64,000 nucleotides of DNA from Phyllobates terribilis (lineage: Eukaryota), in assembly GCF_046119375.1 (NCBI RefSeq), contig NW_027362768.1, forward strand, positions 119,350,001 to 119,414,000. Direction: 5' to 3'. The notes beneath the pieces are model-generated. The model made no database searches. It had not been told where the DNA came from and saw nothing but the letters and a program-made list of their open reading frames with translations. The translations under genes and the position numbers were made by a program. Within the stretch, counting starts at the first letter, position 1, and each line of letters begins with the position of its first letter. Below, one piece after another: positions 24,576 through 37,266 of the stretch.

Positions 24576-24863
24576 CAAGAGCCATGCAGTACAGCATATT
24601 AAAAACATTATTTCCATTATTGGGGAGTGGGTCTCCCATAGTCTTTGCCTATGCCTTCCAAGCAAAAGCTGCCTAAAGTTAGGAGGGAGGAACTTGCAAT
24701 GCTGGCAACACGGACCACGGTCATCCTGGTGGTATAGTGGTGGTGGAGGCTGAGGATAAGGAGAAGAGCAAAAATCAGTCGAAATGAGGAAGCGTATACC
24801 CATGTGTAGGTGTGAAGTGGTGCATGGGAATACACCTCCCGAAACAACACAGTGGATTTGACT

Positions 24864-25617
24864 TTATGTTACTCTGCTGTCATTTGGTGGTGATGAGAAG
24901 TCTGGCCCAATCCAGCCCTTGTTCATTTTGATAATGGTCAGCTTGTCAGCATTGTCAGTTGATAGGCAAGTGCGCTTATCAGTTATAATTCCCCCAGCGG
25001 CACTAAAAACACACTCCGATAACACGCTAGCGGCAGGGCAGGCCAGGACCTCCAAGGCGTACAGAGCGAGTTCATTCCAAGTGTCCAGCTTGGATACCCA
25101 ATAATTAAAAGGCACAGAGAAATCACGGAGGACGCTGGTACGGTCGGCAAGGTACTCCCTCACCATCTTTTGAAACTTTCCACTCCTTGTAAGAGTACCC
25201 CGCGCCTCAGGGCCTGTAAGCTGGGCGGGTCTCAGAAAACTGTCCCAGAACGTTGACAGTTTTCCCCTGCCTCTGCTGGATTGGAGTTGCGTCTCTCTCG
25301 CCTGTACGCCTTGGTTGGTCAACGAACTGTGATCTCTGCTGCCAGCATGTTCAGATGGGAAGTTTTACAACAGTTCTGCAGCAAGGGCCTTCTGTTACTG
25401 CCCCATTTTTGTAGACCTCTCCACCTCAGGAATAAGAGAGTTAAAGTTCTCCTTGTAGCGGGGGTCTAAAAGTTTCACCAACCAGTAATGACTGTCACCC
25501 AACATTTTGATAACGCGAGGGTCACGGTTAAGGCAGCGTAACATAAAGTCAGCCATGTGTGCCAGACTGGTAATGGGCAAGACTTCCGTGTCCTCACCAA
25601 GATGAGGAATAACCATG

Positions 25618-25648
<31 letters not shown>

Positions 25649-28216
25649 TGTCTTCAGGCCACCCACGCTGAACCGACGGTATGACAGTTGTACAGGTACT
25701 ACCGTCTACAGCGCATGATATTAGCTTCTGTTCTTCCTCCTCCTCCTCTCCCTCATTGTTCCCCAATGCACGTTGGGATGAGATGAGGCTGCGCTGTGTG
25801 TAATCGCCCGCTACGGCTTCTTGATCCATCTCATCATACTCTGGCTGCAATGCAACCTCTTTAATTCTTTGCAGAGAGCATTGCAAAAGACAGACAAGTG
25901 GGATGCTGACGCTAATGACAGCATCATCGCCACTCACCATCTTGGTGGACTCCTCAAAGTTTGTCAGGATGGTACATATGTCAGACATCCAGGTCCACTC
26001 CGGAGGTCTTATGTGTGGAGTCTGACCTGAATATCGACAGCCTTGCTGCAGCTGGTACTCCACAACTGCTCTCTTCTGCTCACAAATCCTTTGCAACATG
26101 TGGAGCGTAGAGTTCCAATGTGTGGGGACATCACACACCAGTCAGTGTGCCGGAAGCTGCAAACGCTGCTGCAACACAGCTAGGGCGGAGGAAGCTGTAG
26201 CCAACTTCCAAAAATGAGCTGACAGGCGGCGTACTTTGACGAGCAGATCTGGCAACTCGGGGGACGATTTAAGAAGCCGCTAAACCACAAGGTTAAGCAC
26301 ATGAGCAGGCATGGTACGTGTGTGATCTCGCCTCGCCTCAGAGCCTCCACGAGGTTACGGCCATTGTCACACACGACCATGCCTGGATGTAGGTTCAGCG
26401 GTCTCAGCCACACATCTTCCTGCTCTTTCACAGCTGTCCACAACTCACAAGCAGTGTGAGGTTTATCACCTAAGCTTATGAGTTTCAGCACAGCCTGTTG
26501 CCGCTTGGCTGAGGCAGTACTGCAGTGATTCCAGCTTGTAACTGATGTGGTGATATCTGAAATGGAGGCTGAACATGAGGAGGAGGAGGATGATGCGCAG
26601 GAGCTGTACACTGTGGGGGCATCTCTCACTGACATAGGGCCCGCAATCCTCGGTGTGGGGAGGATGTGTTCCATCCCAAGGTCCGACTGGGTCCCGGCTT
26701 CCACTATGTTTACCCAGTGTGCCGTCAGGGAGATGTACCATCCCTGGCCACAAGCACTTGTCCACGTGTCCGTTGTCAGGTGGACTCTCCCAGTAACTGC
26801 GTTGTTGAGGGCACGGCAGATGTTTTGGGACACGTACTTGAGTAGTGCGGGGATGGCACACCGGGCAAAATAGTGTCGGCTGGGGACCCAGTACCGAGGG
26901 ACGGCCACCGCCATAAGCTTGCGGAAGGATTCCATCTCCACCAGCCTAAAGGGAAGCATTTCCAAAGCAAGCAGTCATGAAATGTGCAAATTTAGGACTG
27001 TGGCCTGTGGGGCATTGGATGCGAATTTGCGCTTTCATTCAAAGCTCTGGGATATGGACAATTGAACGCTGCGGTGGGACGTGGATGTGGATGTTGATGC
27101 TGTTTCTTGAGAAACTGCCATAACAAGTGAAGACTGAGAGGAGGGGGCATCTTTGTATGCAGTATGGACAGGGGATAGCCTTGCACGCACAACAGGGGGT
27201 TCTCTTACACGCACAACAGCGGAAGAAGCAGTGGTGACACCCACTGACACTGGTCGTGGACCCTGGGGTTTGCCCCACAAAGTCGGGTGCTTTGCTGCCA
27301 TGTGCCTGATTATGCCGGTGGTGGTCAGGCTGGTAGTTTTGTCACCCCTGCTGATGCTGGCCTGGCAGGTGGTACAAATGGCCTTTTTGGGATTATCAGC
27401 AGAGTCTTTAAAAAAATTCCAGACTCTTGAAGACCTACCGGTTGTACTGGCAACGTCCCTCGTGTTGGTGTTACGGGTAGCGTTTGCAAGCCTTCTGTCT
27501 TTGGCCACCACACTGCTTCTTCCTGCCTGTTGGGGTACTCTGCCTCCCTCCCCCTGTGTGCTGCTTGCCTCGCTCTTTGTGTCCTCCTGCCACATTGGGT
27601 CAGTTACTAGATCATCCACCACCTCCTCATCTTCCACTTCTGCACCACGGTCCTCCTCCTCACTTCGTGGCAATTGTGTCTCATCATCATCCACCTCTTG
27701 TGACAAATTGCCAGCGTCGACTTCCTGTGGCCGTGGCTGTTCAAATATTTGGCCATCGCTAAATGGGATCTCCTCTTCCACCACTTCAAGCGGAGCAGGC
27801 GAGGGGCACAAATATGGAAATGGACCAGTGAACAGCTCTTCAGAGTGTCCAAGTGTGGGATCAGTTGCTGTCTGACGACACTCGGCATGGTGGGAGGAAG
27901 GAGCATCAGGGTGAGGAGGAGTATGCAGTCGAGACACACGGCTACTAACACTTGACCGTGTGGAAGACAGACCGGAGGTGGTGGTGCCCAGGTGACTGGA
28001 AGTATTATCTGCTATCCAATTAATAACCTGTTCACACTGATCAGTTCGCAATAGTGGTGCTGTTGTGTGCTTCCCTAGTAATTCGGTCAAGAACTGGGAG
28101 CGAGAAGACGTGGCAGTTGGTTGTGGCACATTTTCACCTTGGCCACGGCCCCATCCTTTGCACGCACCATCACCAGAACGTCCAGTTCCACGTCCCTTGC
28201 CACGCGTCTTGCCCAT
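24864..28216 (-). pseudogene. Full-length but frameshifted hAT transposase of the outer element
   Basis: ORF pieces 27035-28216 (BED: VWNFF..CTTC..RHMAAKH), 26180-26965 (LTTDTW, VCDNG), 25395-26138 (CDVPTHWNST, LLDPRYK), 24864-25322 (ACPAASVLSECVFSAAGG). Confidence 0.92.
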
Positions 28217-29482
28217 TGTAAATGAAGTAAAATAACTTAAACTCGCACTGTCAATGGCAAAAGGGTAATAAAATGGAGATTTGAACCGAGGAAGAGGAAA
28301 ACCACAGTTCTGGTTCTCTGGTCTACATCAGACTCTTTTAAACAGACATATTGGTGTCTGAACAGTCAGCGAGACACTGAAAATGTTTTTTTTATGCAAA
28401 AAACACAAAAAAGTGGATAATACAGAAATTTGAACCGTGGAACTGCAAAACCACAGTTCTAGTTCTCTGGCCTACACCAGACTCTTTTAAACAGATATAT
28501 TTGTGTCTGAACACTCACAGACACACTCAATTTTTTTTGGGGGGTTGGGAATACCAAAAGGTTAATAAGACAGGTATTTATACAGTCTGACTGAGGGAAA
28601 AAAAAAAAACAGGATTTAGATGAAAAAAAAAGGATTTTTCCTGGCCCCTGAGACCTGGGGCTAAGTGTAGAAATTTGACAAGCAGGAGCACACAGGACTG
28701 TAATGCAGTGTTTGTTGGTATAACTACTGCTTCTCCTATACAGCCTGCCTGCCTGCCTGATATCTGGGATGGATATTAGTCCTGAGAAGGACTGTTTGTT
28801 TGATTTGGCAGGCTTTAGAGACCCTACACTAACTATTTTGCAGTATAAATCTCTCCCTAGCTCTGCAGCACTGACCCTACACTGTCTGATCCGGAGGGAC
28901 TGCGTGCAAGATAGCGGCGCCCGGTTTTAAATACTCGAAGTGACGCTGTGCGGCCAGCCAATCACTGTAATGCCCACAAACAACATTCCTGCGGAATCAC
29001 TGTGACTGTCTGGCAATCCCTGCATGTTCATTGGCTCTGTAAAGAGCGCCAAACGTGCAGGGCGGAGACCCGAGCTCCCGCCCGAGTAACCCAGAAATGC
29101 TCGGTGCTCACCGAACATCCCGAGTAGTGAGATGCTCGGACGAGTACCGAGCAGTGTCGAGCATGCTCGCTCAACACTAATCAGCACTAAATAGTCTAAG
29201 CTGGTGAAGTGAAATGAGAAAAATATAGGCATAAATTAAAGTTATGTGTTCAAATAACTAAAAATTGGCACGTACATACGTATATTCACCCCTTTTGCTA
29301 TGAAGCCCCTAAAAATTTCTTGTGCAATCAATTACCTTCATAAGTCACATGCTTAGTGAAAGGAAGTCCACCTGTGTGCAATCTAAGTGTCACATGGTCT
29401 GTCAGTATGTACATACCTTTTCTGAAAGGCCACAGAGGCTGCAGCACCATTAAGCAAGAGGCACCACTAACCAAACAACACC

Positions 29483-30351
29483 ATGAAGACCAAGGAGATC
29501 TCTAAACAAGTCAAGGACAAAGTTGTTGAGAAGTACAAGTCAGGGTTGGGTTATAGAAAAATATCCCAATCTCTGATGATTCCCCGGAGCACGATCAAAT
29601 CCATCATCATCAAATGGAAAGAACATGGTACCATAACCAACCTGCCAAGAAAAGGCTGCCTACCAAAACTCTCAGCTTGGGCAAGTAAGGCATTAATTAT
29701 AGAAGCAGCACCAAGACCAAAGGTAACTGTGAAGGAGCTACAGAGTTCCCAAGCAGAGACAGGAGTATCTGTCCATATGACCACAATAAGCCGTACACTC
29801 CATAGAGGTGGCCTTTTTAGCAGAGAGGGCAGAAAAAACCTTTACTTGCACACAAAAATTGTAACGCTCATTTTGAAATTGCCAAAAGACATGTGGAAGA
29901 CTCCCCAAATGTATGGAGGAAGGTGCTGTGGTCAGGTGAGACCAAAATTTAATTTTTTGGGGACCAAGGTAAATGCTATGTTTGGCGCCAAACCAACACA
30001 GCTCATCACCCCAAGAACACCATCACCAGAGTGGAACATGGTGGTGGCAGCATCATGCTGTGGGGATGTTTTTCAGCAGCAGGGACAGGGAAAATGGTCT
30101 GAGTCGAGGGAAAGATGGATGGTACAAAATACAGGGATATTCTTGAGCAAAACCTGTTTCAGTCTGTCAGTGATTTGAGACTGGGACGGAGGTTCACCTT
30201 GCAACCAGACAATGACCCAAAGCATACTGCTAAAGCAACATTCGAGTGGTTTAAATGGAAACATGTAATTGTTTTGGAGTGGCCTAGTCAAAGCTCAGAT
30301 CTTAATCCAATTGATAATCTGTGGTCAGACTTGAAGATTGCTCATCATTGA
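29483..30351 (+). pseudogene. Tc1 transposase pseudogene (3' truncated)
   Basis: MKTKEISKQVKDKVV (paired-like HTH), [27 protein letters not shown]; frameshifted. Confidence 0.88.
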
Positions 30352-31293
30352 GCAGAGATCTAAATCTGCGCATGCACCAACAACCGGCGCCATTTTCCTC
30401 AGCAAGGTCAATGTGTGCAGAGGGGACCCCCCTCCTCCCTCGAACCACCATGACACCCCCTCCTCCTAGCCCAGGGCCTGCAGCATCGGCCCACTCCTGC
30501 CGCCGCCTGCTTCCTACAGCAGCGACCCTGCTCCACCATCGCCATTTTCCCCAGCAAATTTGGAGAATAAAAAAGTGCGTGCTATAGTCTGAAAAATACG
30601 GTATGTTGATAGTTGAAAAAACATTAAATAAATGTTTGCCCAGTAAATTATCATTCTTTGATGCAGCTACTCACATTTTTGTCGCCATTGGCTCTTACCA
30701 TTCAACATGGCCACATGTGTTTGATTACACAGGGCAAGTAGCTACTGATGTATTTCTGGAAGTGACGGTCCTTATACAAGAATGAAAATTCGATCACACA
30801 AAATATGTCATAGTAAAAGAAAAAACAAATAGTGCTCCTAGGGCCCTAGGGAAACAAATCCACAAAAAAAAGAATCAGAAGATCACCACGAAGAGGAAAA
30901 GTAGGAATTTGCTAAGATAAGCAAACAATAGAGCTACGCCTATGGTTGGGATAGATGAGGTTTCCGATGTCATTGCTGCTCACCTAGATGGCGGGATCTA
31001 CCCCACAAATTATATATGGACTCCATCTGGTGATAGGATCATGGAGGTAGCAGGGTGAAAAAATAGAAAAAAAAATCCTCCTTATAAAAAAAGGTCACTG
31101 CTGCTCTTTGTGGAGTCACCGTTCAACTTCATGACCCAGCACAAGTCATTAACATCAAATGTAGAAAAAATGTTTTTATTGGTTGAAATAATGGATGAGA
31201 GATTTAATTCAGCAGATCCCTCGAATATGGCAGGGAAATATCCATCAGTATGAAAACTGAAATTTCATCTGAATCAGACTGCCTGAGATACCC

Positions 31294-31709
31294 TATGGCT
31301 TATGGGCACACAGTCTTTTTCAGGAAAATTCCACCTGGAATCCACCTGAAAAACTGCTGGAAAACTGCTGCAAAAAATAAACATAATAAACAGCAATGTA
31401 AAATCTACATTACTGTGCACGTTCAGTCTTGTGTAACTTCTTTTAACTGCTTTAGGGTTTGGAAACTATGAAACAGTTAATAGAAGTATCATGCTCATTC
31501 TCTGGGCGACTCCTGCTAGAAAACAGTTCATTAGTCACAGTTTAAATCATAGAAAAAAAATTGAAGCCACCTAAAAAAAAATTACAGGAAAATCAGCAGT
31601 GAAGCTGCTTCAGTAAAAAGACCACTGGATTTTTTCTGAAGTAGCTGAGCCTAGGAGAACCGTGGTGGGTCTGCCAGTATCTTAAAGACGTTGTACGCAC
31701 ATACCCTAA
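31294..31709. mobile_element. Probable decayed MITE
   Basis: Imperfect terminal inversion GGCTTATGGGCACAC / GTACGCACATACCC. Confidence 0.4.
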
Positions 31710-32831
31710 GACTGCAAACTATGCGTCTGTTGGGATGGGAATCAAAGCGCCACCTCTTCTAGTTAGAATGTATATAGTATCCATTACCAATTTCCAACAA
31801 GAAAAGGAGGGGTGAAAAAAAAGAATGATTTTTTTCACACCTAAGAATGACCTTCTATAGAACCATTGTTCCCGTATGACCAAAATATGGTCAACTAACG
31901 ACTTTGAGGATTTCGTAAAATCGAAATGAGATGAATAAATGCTCACCTCTCATATTGGACCACATGTCGAGCTTTAAAAAACATTTTTTCTCTATATTTC
32001 AGCAATGTTTGCATAGAAAGAGTTTAGCTACTGTAAAGATACCAAACATCCCAGCTGCAAAACTGTTTAAATATAATGTTATGTTTAGAGCCATACATAA
32101 AACATATCATTATTTTTATAAAATGATTTACTTAAATATGCGCCAACTTTGCCTCAGAGGAAAATAAATGTTTGAGATGCTTAATGATCAAAATTCCCAG
32201 CTCTTATCATATTTGTTTAACAGCTTCGTGACCTTGTTCTTCTCACTTCAAGTCTAAATGCAAAGAAAAGACAGTGGTTTCAATAGGGTACCCAATTCAT
32301 ATGATTTATTAGCATTAGTGATGAGCGAGTATGTTCTGTTAACCCTTTCGGTGAGCATGCTCGGGTGCTCGCCGAGTATCTTCAGTGTGCTTGGCTGTTA
32401 TAATTAGAAAAAGTATGGAAAAGAATTTTAAATGTTAATGTGTCAATTTTAACCATAGAACCTATATATAGGACACATAAACTAAATATAATATAAAATA
32501 TAACATTTATTAGTGATAATTTTAAAAATACATAATAAAAATAAAAGGAATAGGGAAAGGAATCACAAAAAAGAAAAAAGGAGGTTCACAAAGGAAAGTA
32601 TCAATAATGCCAAGAGAAGACATGCACAAAATGAATACATCAACCAATATACCACATGAAATGTTAAAGTGTTATGTATGCAGGTAATAAAGTGAGATAG
32701 TGATAAAGTGCAAGTGCTGGTATACTTCTCACAGTACTAGATGTATATCAGGATAACATAACAGTGGGAATGATAAATAGGAATAAGGCATGTGTTACAT
32801 ATTGAGGCTGGTACTGACCCGTGAGACCTGG

Positions 32832-32867
32832 ATCCAACGCGCGTTTCGCCGGAGCTTTTACAAGGAT
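32832..32867 (-). ncRNA. Mirror copy of the hammerhead-like motif in the left Penelope arm
   Basis: Exact reverse complement of 37980-38015. Confidence 0.5.
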
Positions 32868-33968
32868 ATGGTAGAAGAAAAGATAGAGGGGTATTTATAA
32901 GAAGTCCAGCCAATGGGGAAGCAGAAAATAATAAGGGGGTGCTGTTTAACACATGTGCTGTGTAATTGATATGGCGCCATATCATGTGGCCACATCGCCC
33001 TTTCCCCATGTCGTTGTGCGACTAGCAAAAGCGCAGATCAGCTGGGGAAAAAAAGGACATGTGCCGGCGTGCGTTTCATTGGGGCAGTGGAACGCACGCA
33101 CCGGAAATGACATAGTGCCCTAGGCACCGGAAATGAGCTATGGTGTGCGTTCCACACGCTAGAGGCCGGGCATCGGCATGCGTGTCACAAGGTAAATGAG
33201 ATGCACAAACCGGAAATGACGTAATGCCACAGATACAGGAAATGCACTGAGATGTGCGTTCCACCATGTGAGACGCAGAGGGAAGCAGAGGGAGGATCAT
33301 ATTGACGGTGAAGCAAGAGTGAAAGGGGATGTGGAAAATGTGAAAATGTGAATAGGTGCATATGAGATATGGACAAAAGTTGATGTGAAAGAAGTAAAAA
33401 GAATTTAAGTGTAGAAAAAAGTGAAGATGAACATGTAGTGCCACAGACTATTTAATCCCATATTGAAATAAGTTACAGTCGGCAAATATTTCCATACTAA
33501 ATTGTGCAACAACCATAAAGTGTGGAAGAATTTAATAACTAAAGATAAAGTCCCTCTGCTAAATAAATGTGTAATGATAAAAAAAAAAAAAAATATATAA
33601 CCAATTGACATACATAGAAAAATTCCACAATATTAGAAGAAACAGCACATATAAAATGAAATTATAAATAGAGCACATAGATAAAGTGAGATGCTGGCAT
33701 ATCCGTAATGTAGAACACTAATATAAGAGAGTATCTTGGAGTCCTGATGTCATCAGCAGACTAGAGGCTATGGCTGGAGGGCAGTCAAATCAGCTGGCGA
33801 AAGAACTACATGGAAAACCAAAACATAACATAAAATTAAATATAGACATAAATAAGTGATAAAATAATAAAGAAGAAGAAGATAGATGATAAAATAAATA
33901 AAATAATGATAGAAATAAAAAACTAAATAAAAACAAATGATCATAGATGTACCTAGTCAATATACTAC

Positions 33969-35393
33969 TTAAAGGAAGGAAACAAAACTATTTGTTTCGT
34001 TCAAGCCATAAGGGGTTAATGTGTTCAAAATTATAATCCACCTTGACTCTTTTTGTGCCAGAAGCTTTTTCCAATTGCCACCTCTAACCCCCGGGTAGAC
34101 ACGATCGATGCCACTTACTTGAAGACCACTTGGGTCGCAGTCATGAAATTGTTTGAAGTGGCGTGGAAGTGTCTTAAGGAGGTCCATGTTGTCAACTTCC
34201 CTGGCTGATCTAATATCCAGGACATGTTCCCTGGTTCGTCTCCGCAGTTCCCTCGAAGTTAGGCCAATGTATTTTTTTCCACAGGGGCATCTTGCACAAT
34301 ATACCACTCCATTAGTAGTGCAGTTAATTGAGTGGGTAATTCTAAATTCTTTAGTATCATCATAGTTGGAGAAAACTTTGGTGGACTCAATATTGATACA
34401 AGCGACACAAGAGACGCATGGGCGACAGCCCCAAGGTGGACCCTTTGAGCCAAAGAGACCTTTCGTATTGGAAGATTCCAAGTGACTGTGGACCAGTAAG
34501 TCCTTCAAATTTTTTGAACGTCTGTACGTGATGGTTGGGTGAGATGGTAAGTATTTATTAAGAGTTTGGTCAATTTTCAAGACTTGCCAATGTTTTTTCA
34601 GGGCTAGCCACATATCACTATTTCTTGCATTGTAAGTAGAGATGAATCTCACAGTGTCATCTCTATTTTTGGCACTTGTGGAATAGAGAAGGTCCTTTCT
34701 TTTAGAAAATTTTGCTCTACGATAGCCTTGATGTATGATGCTTTCATTATATCCACGATTATAAAATCTGTTTTTTAAAATTGAAGCTTGTTTTTCAAAT
34801 TTAAAATCGCTATAGCAGATGCGGCGCATTCTTAAAAACTGACCAGTTGGGATACTCCTAATTAAGTTTCTGGGATGTGAGGATTGTGCGTGAAGTAAGG
34901 TATTAGCTGCAGTTGGTTTGCGGTGAACGTCCGTCTGGATGTAACCGTTGAGATCAACCTCCAAGATGACATCCATGTATACAATCCCCTCTCTTCCAGT
35001 AGTAAAAGAAAGTTTAATATTTTGGTTGTTGTTGTTAAGTATATTAATAAATGATGTGACTTCTTCCAGGGAACCCTGCCATAAGAAAAAAACATCATCT
35101 ATATATCTCCCCCAATATAAGATGTTACTGGACTGAGATAACGGATTAGTCATAAGGAATTCCCTTTCCCACAGCCCCAGGAACAAATTAGCATATGAGG
35201 GTGCACAGGCAGCCCCCATAGCGGTGCCCCGGAGCTGTAGGTAAAAGGAATCTTGGAAAAGAAAGAAGTTGTGACCCAGAGCAAATTGGAGTAGTTGTAA
35301 AATCAAAATTCTCAAGTTTTTATCATAATCAGACATTTCAAGAAAAGTTTCCACTGCTCTTAATCCATCCATTGTTTGATGGATGGGATACAT
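33969..35393 (-). CDS. Penelope-like RT (C-terminal part) + GIY-YIG endonuclease, 5'-truncated but uninterrupted
   Basis: GTAMGAACAPSYANLF, WGRYIDDVF, YRK-type DVHRKPT, GVVYCARCPCGKKYIGLTSR..RTREH; the N-terminus is a junction artefact. Confidence 0.85.
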   Translation of the reverse strand: MYPIHQTMDGLRAVETFLEMSDYDKNLRILILQLLQFALGHNFFLFQDSFYLQLRGTAMGAACAPSYANLFLGLWEREFLMTNPLSQSSNILYWGRYIDDVFFLWQGSLEEVTSFINILNNNNQNIKLSFTTGREGIVYMDVILEVDLNGYIQTDVHRKPTAANTLLHAQSSHPRNLIRSIPTGQFLRMRRICYSDFKFEKQASILKNRFYNRGYNESIIHQGYRRAKFSKRKDLLYSTSAKNRDDTVRFISTYNARNSDMWLALKKHWQVLKIDQTLNKYLPSHPTITYRRSKNLKDLLVHSHLESSNTKGLFGSKGPPWGCRPCVSCVACINIESTKVFSNYDDTKEFRITHSINCTTNGVVYCARCPCGKKYIGLTSRELRRRTREHVLDIRSAREVDNMDLLKTLPRHFKQFHDCDPSGLQVSGIDRVYPGVRGGNWKKLLAQKESRWIIILNTLTPYGLNETNSFVSFL

Positions 35394-36860
35394 GTGGATT
35401 GTGATGTCCTGATGGTTACATGTGATGTAGAATCTCTCTACACCTCAATTAACCACAATGATGGATTAAGAGCAGTGGAAACTTTTCTTGAAATGTCTGA
35501 TTATGATAAAAACTTGAGAATTTTGATTTTACAACTACTCCAATTTGCTCTGGGTCACAACTTCTTTCTTTTCCAAGATTCCTTTTACCTACAGCTCCGG
35601 GGCACCGCTATGGGGGCTGCCTGTGCACCCTCATATGCTAATTTGTTCCTGGGGCTGTGGGAAAGGGAATTCCTTATGACTAATCCGTTATCTCAGTCCA
35701 GTAACATCTTATATTGGGGGAGATATATAGATGATGTTTTTTTCTTATGGCAGGGTTCCCTGGAAGAAGTCACATCATTTATTAATATACTTAACAACAA
35801 CAACCAAAATATTAAACTTTCTTTTACTACTGGAAGAGAGGGGATTGTATACTTGGATGTCATCTTGGAGGTTGATCTCAACGGTTACATCCAGACAGAC
35901 GTTCACCGCAAACCAACTGCAGCTAATACCTTACTTCACGCACAATCCTCACATCCCAGAAACTTAATTAGGAGTATCCCAACTGGTCAGTTTTTAAGAA
36001 TGCGCCGCATCTGCTCTAGCGATTTTAAATTTGAAAAACAAGCTTCAATTTTAAAAAACAGATTTTATAATCGTGGATATAATGAAAGCATCATACATCA
36101 AGGCTATCGTAGAGCAAAATTTTCTAAAAGAAAGGACCTTCTCTATTCCACAAGGGCCAAAAATAGAGATGACACTGTGAGATTCATCTCTACTTACAAT
36201 GCAATAAATAGTGATATGTGGCTAGCCCTGAAAAAACATTGGCAAGTCTTGAAAATTGACCAAACTCTTAATAAATACTGACCATCTCACCCAACCATCA
36301 CGTACAGACGTTCAAAAAATTTGAAGGACTTACTGGTCCACAGTCACTTGGAATCTTCCAATAAGAAAGGTCTCTTTGGCTCAAAGGGTCCACCTTGGGG
36401 CTGTCGCCCATGCGTCTCTTGTGTCGCTTGTATCAATATTGAGTCCACCAAAGTTTTCTCCAACTATGATGATACTAAAGAATTTAGAATTACCCACTCA
36501 ATTAACTGCACTACTAATGGAGTGGTATATTGTGCAAGATGCCCCTATGGAAAAAAATACATTGGCCTAACTTCGAGGGAACTGCGGAGACCAACCAGGG
36601 AACATGTCCTGGATATTAGATCAGCCAGGGAAGTTGACAACATGGACCTCCTTAAGACACTTCCACGCCACTTCAAACAATTTCATGACTGCGACTCAAG
36701 TGGTCTTCAAGTAAGTGGCATCGATCGTGTCTACCCGGGGGTTAGAGGTGGCAATTGGAAAAAGCTTCTGGCACAAAAAGAGTCAAGGTGGATTATAATT
36801 TTGAACACATTAACCCCTTATGGCTTGAACGAAACAAATAGTTTTGTTTCCTTCCTTTAA
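35376..36860 (+). pseudogene. Second Penelope-like RT + GIY-YIG copy with a premature stop at 36279-36281
   Basis: TCDVESLYT, RYIDD, GVVYC..YIG; TGA where the mirror copy has a Leu codon. Confidence 0.88.
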
Positions 36861-37235
36861 GTAGTATATTGACTAGGTACATCTATGATCATTTGTTTTT
36901 ATTTAGTTTTTTATTTCTATCATTATTTTATTTCTTTTATCATCTATCTTCTTCTTCTTTATTATTTTATCACTTATTTAAGTCAATATTTAATTTTATG
37001 TTATGTTTTGGTTTTCCATGTAGTTCTTTCGCCAGCTGATTTGACTGCCCTCCAGCCATAGCCTCTAGTCTGCTGATGACATCAGGACTCCAAGATACTC
37101 TCTTATATTAGTGTTCTACATTACGGATACGCCAGCATCTCACTTTATCTATGTGCTCTATTTATAATTTAATTTTATATGTGCTGTTTCTTCTAATATT
37201 GTGGAATTTTTCTATGTATGTCAATTGGTTATATA

Positions 37236-37266
<31 letters not shown>

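Larger units (their letters stand above)
9124..29179 (-). mobile_element. Outer hAT transposon (20 kb including nested inserts)
   Basis: 16-bp perfect TIR TAGTGTTGAGCGAGCA at both ends; TSD ATCAGCAC at 9116-9123 and 29180-29187; CTCG/CGAG subterminal motifs; decayed transposase at 24864-28216. Confidence 0.92.
8697..30351 (+). mobile_element. Tc1/mariner element split by a ~20.4-kb hAT insertion block (5' part 8697-8804, continues from 29188), right TIR absent
   Basis: TA|CAGTG..AAAGTATTCA..CCCC start; sequence resumes after the ATCAGCAC copy at 29180-29187 and leads to a Tc1 transposase at 29483. Confidence 0.85.

Noticed and set aside
27153-27875. Long opposite-strand or alternative-frame ORFs (also 49916-50764, 55419-56054, 10535-11173)
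   Set aside because: Shadow frames of transposon genes or GC-rich LTR sequence with no recognisable motifs
37073-37079. CTGATGA hammerhead core in the Penelope 3' region
   Set aside because: It is part of the palindrome CTGATGACATCAG with no downstream stem II-GAAA; it does not fold as a hammerhead
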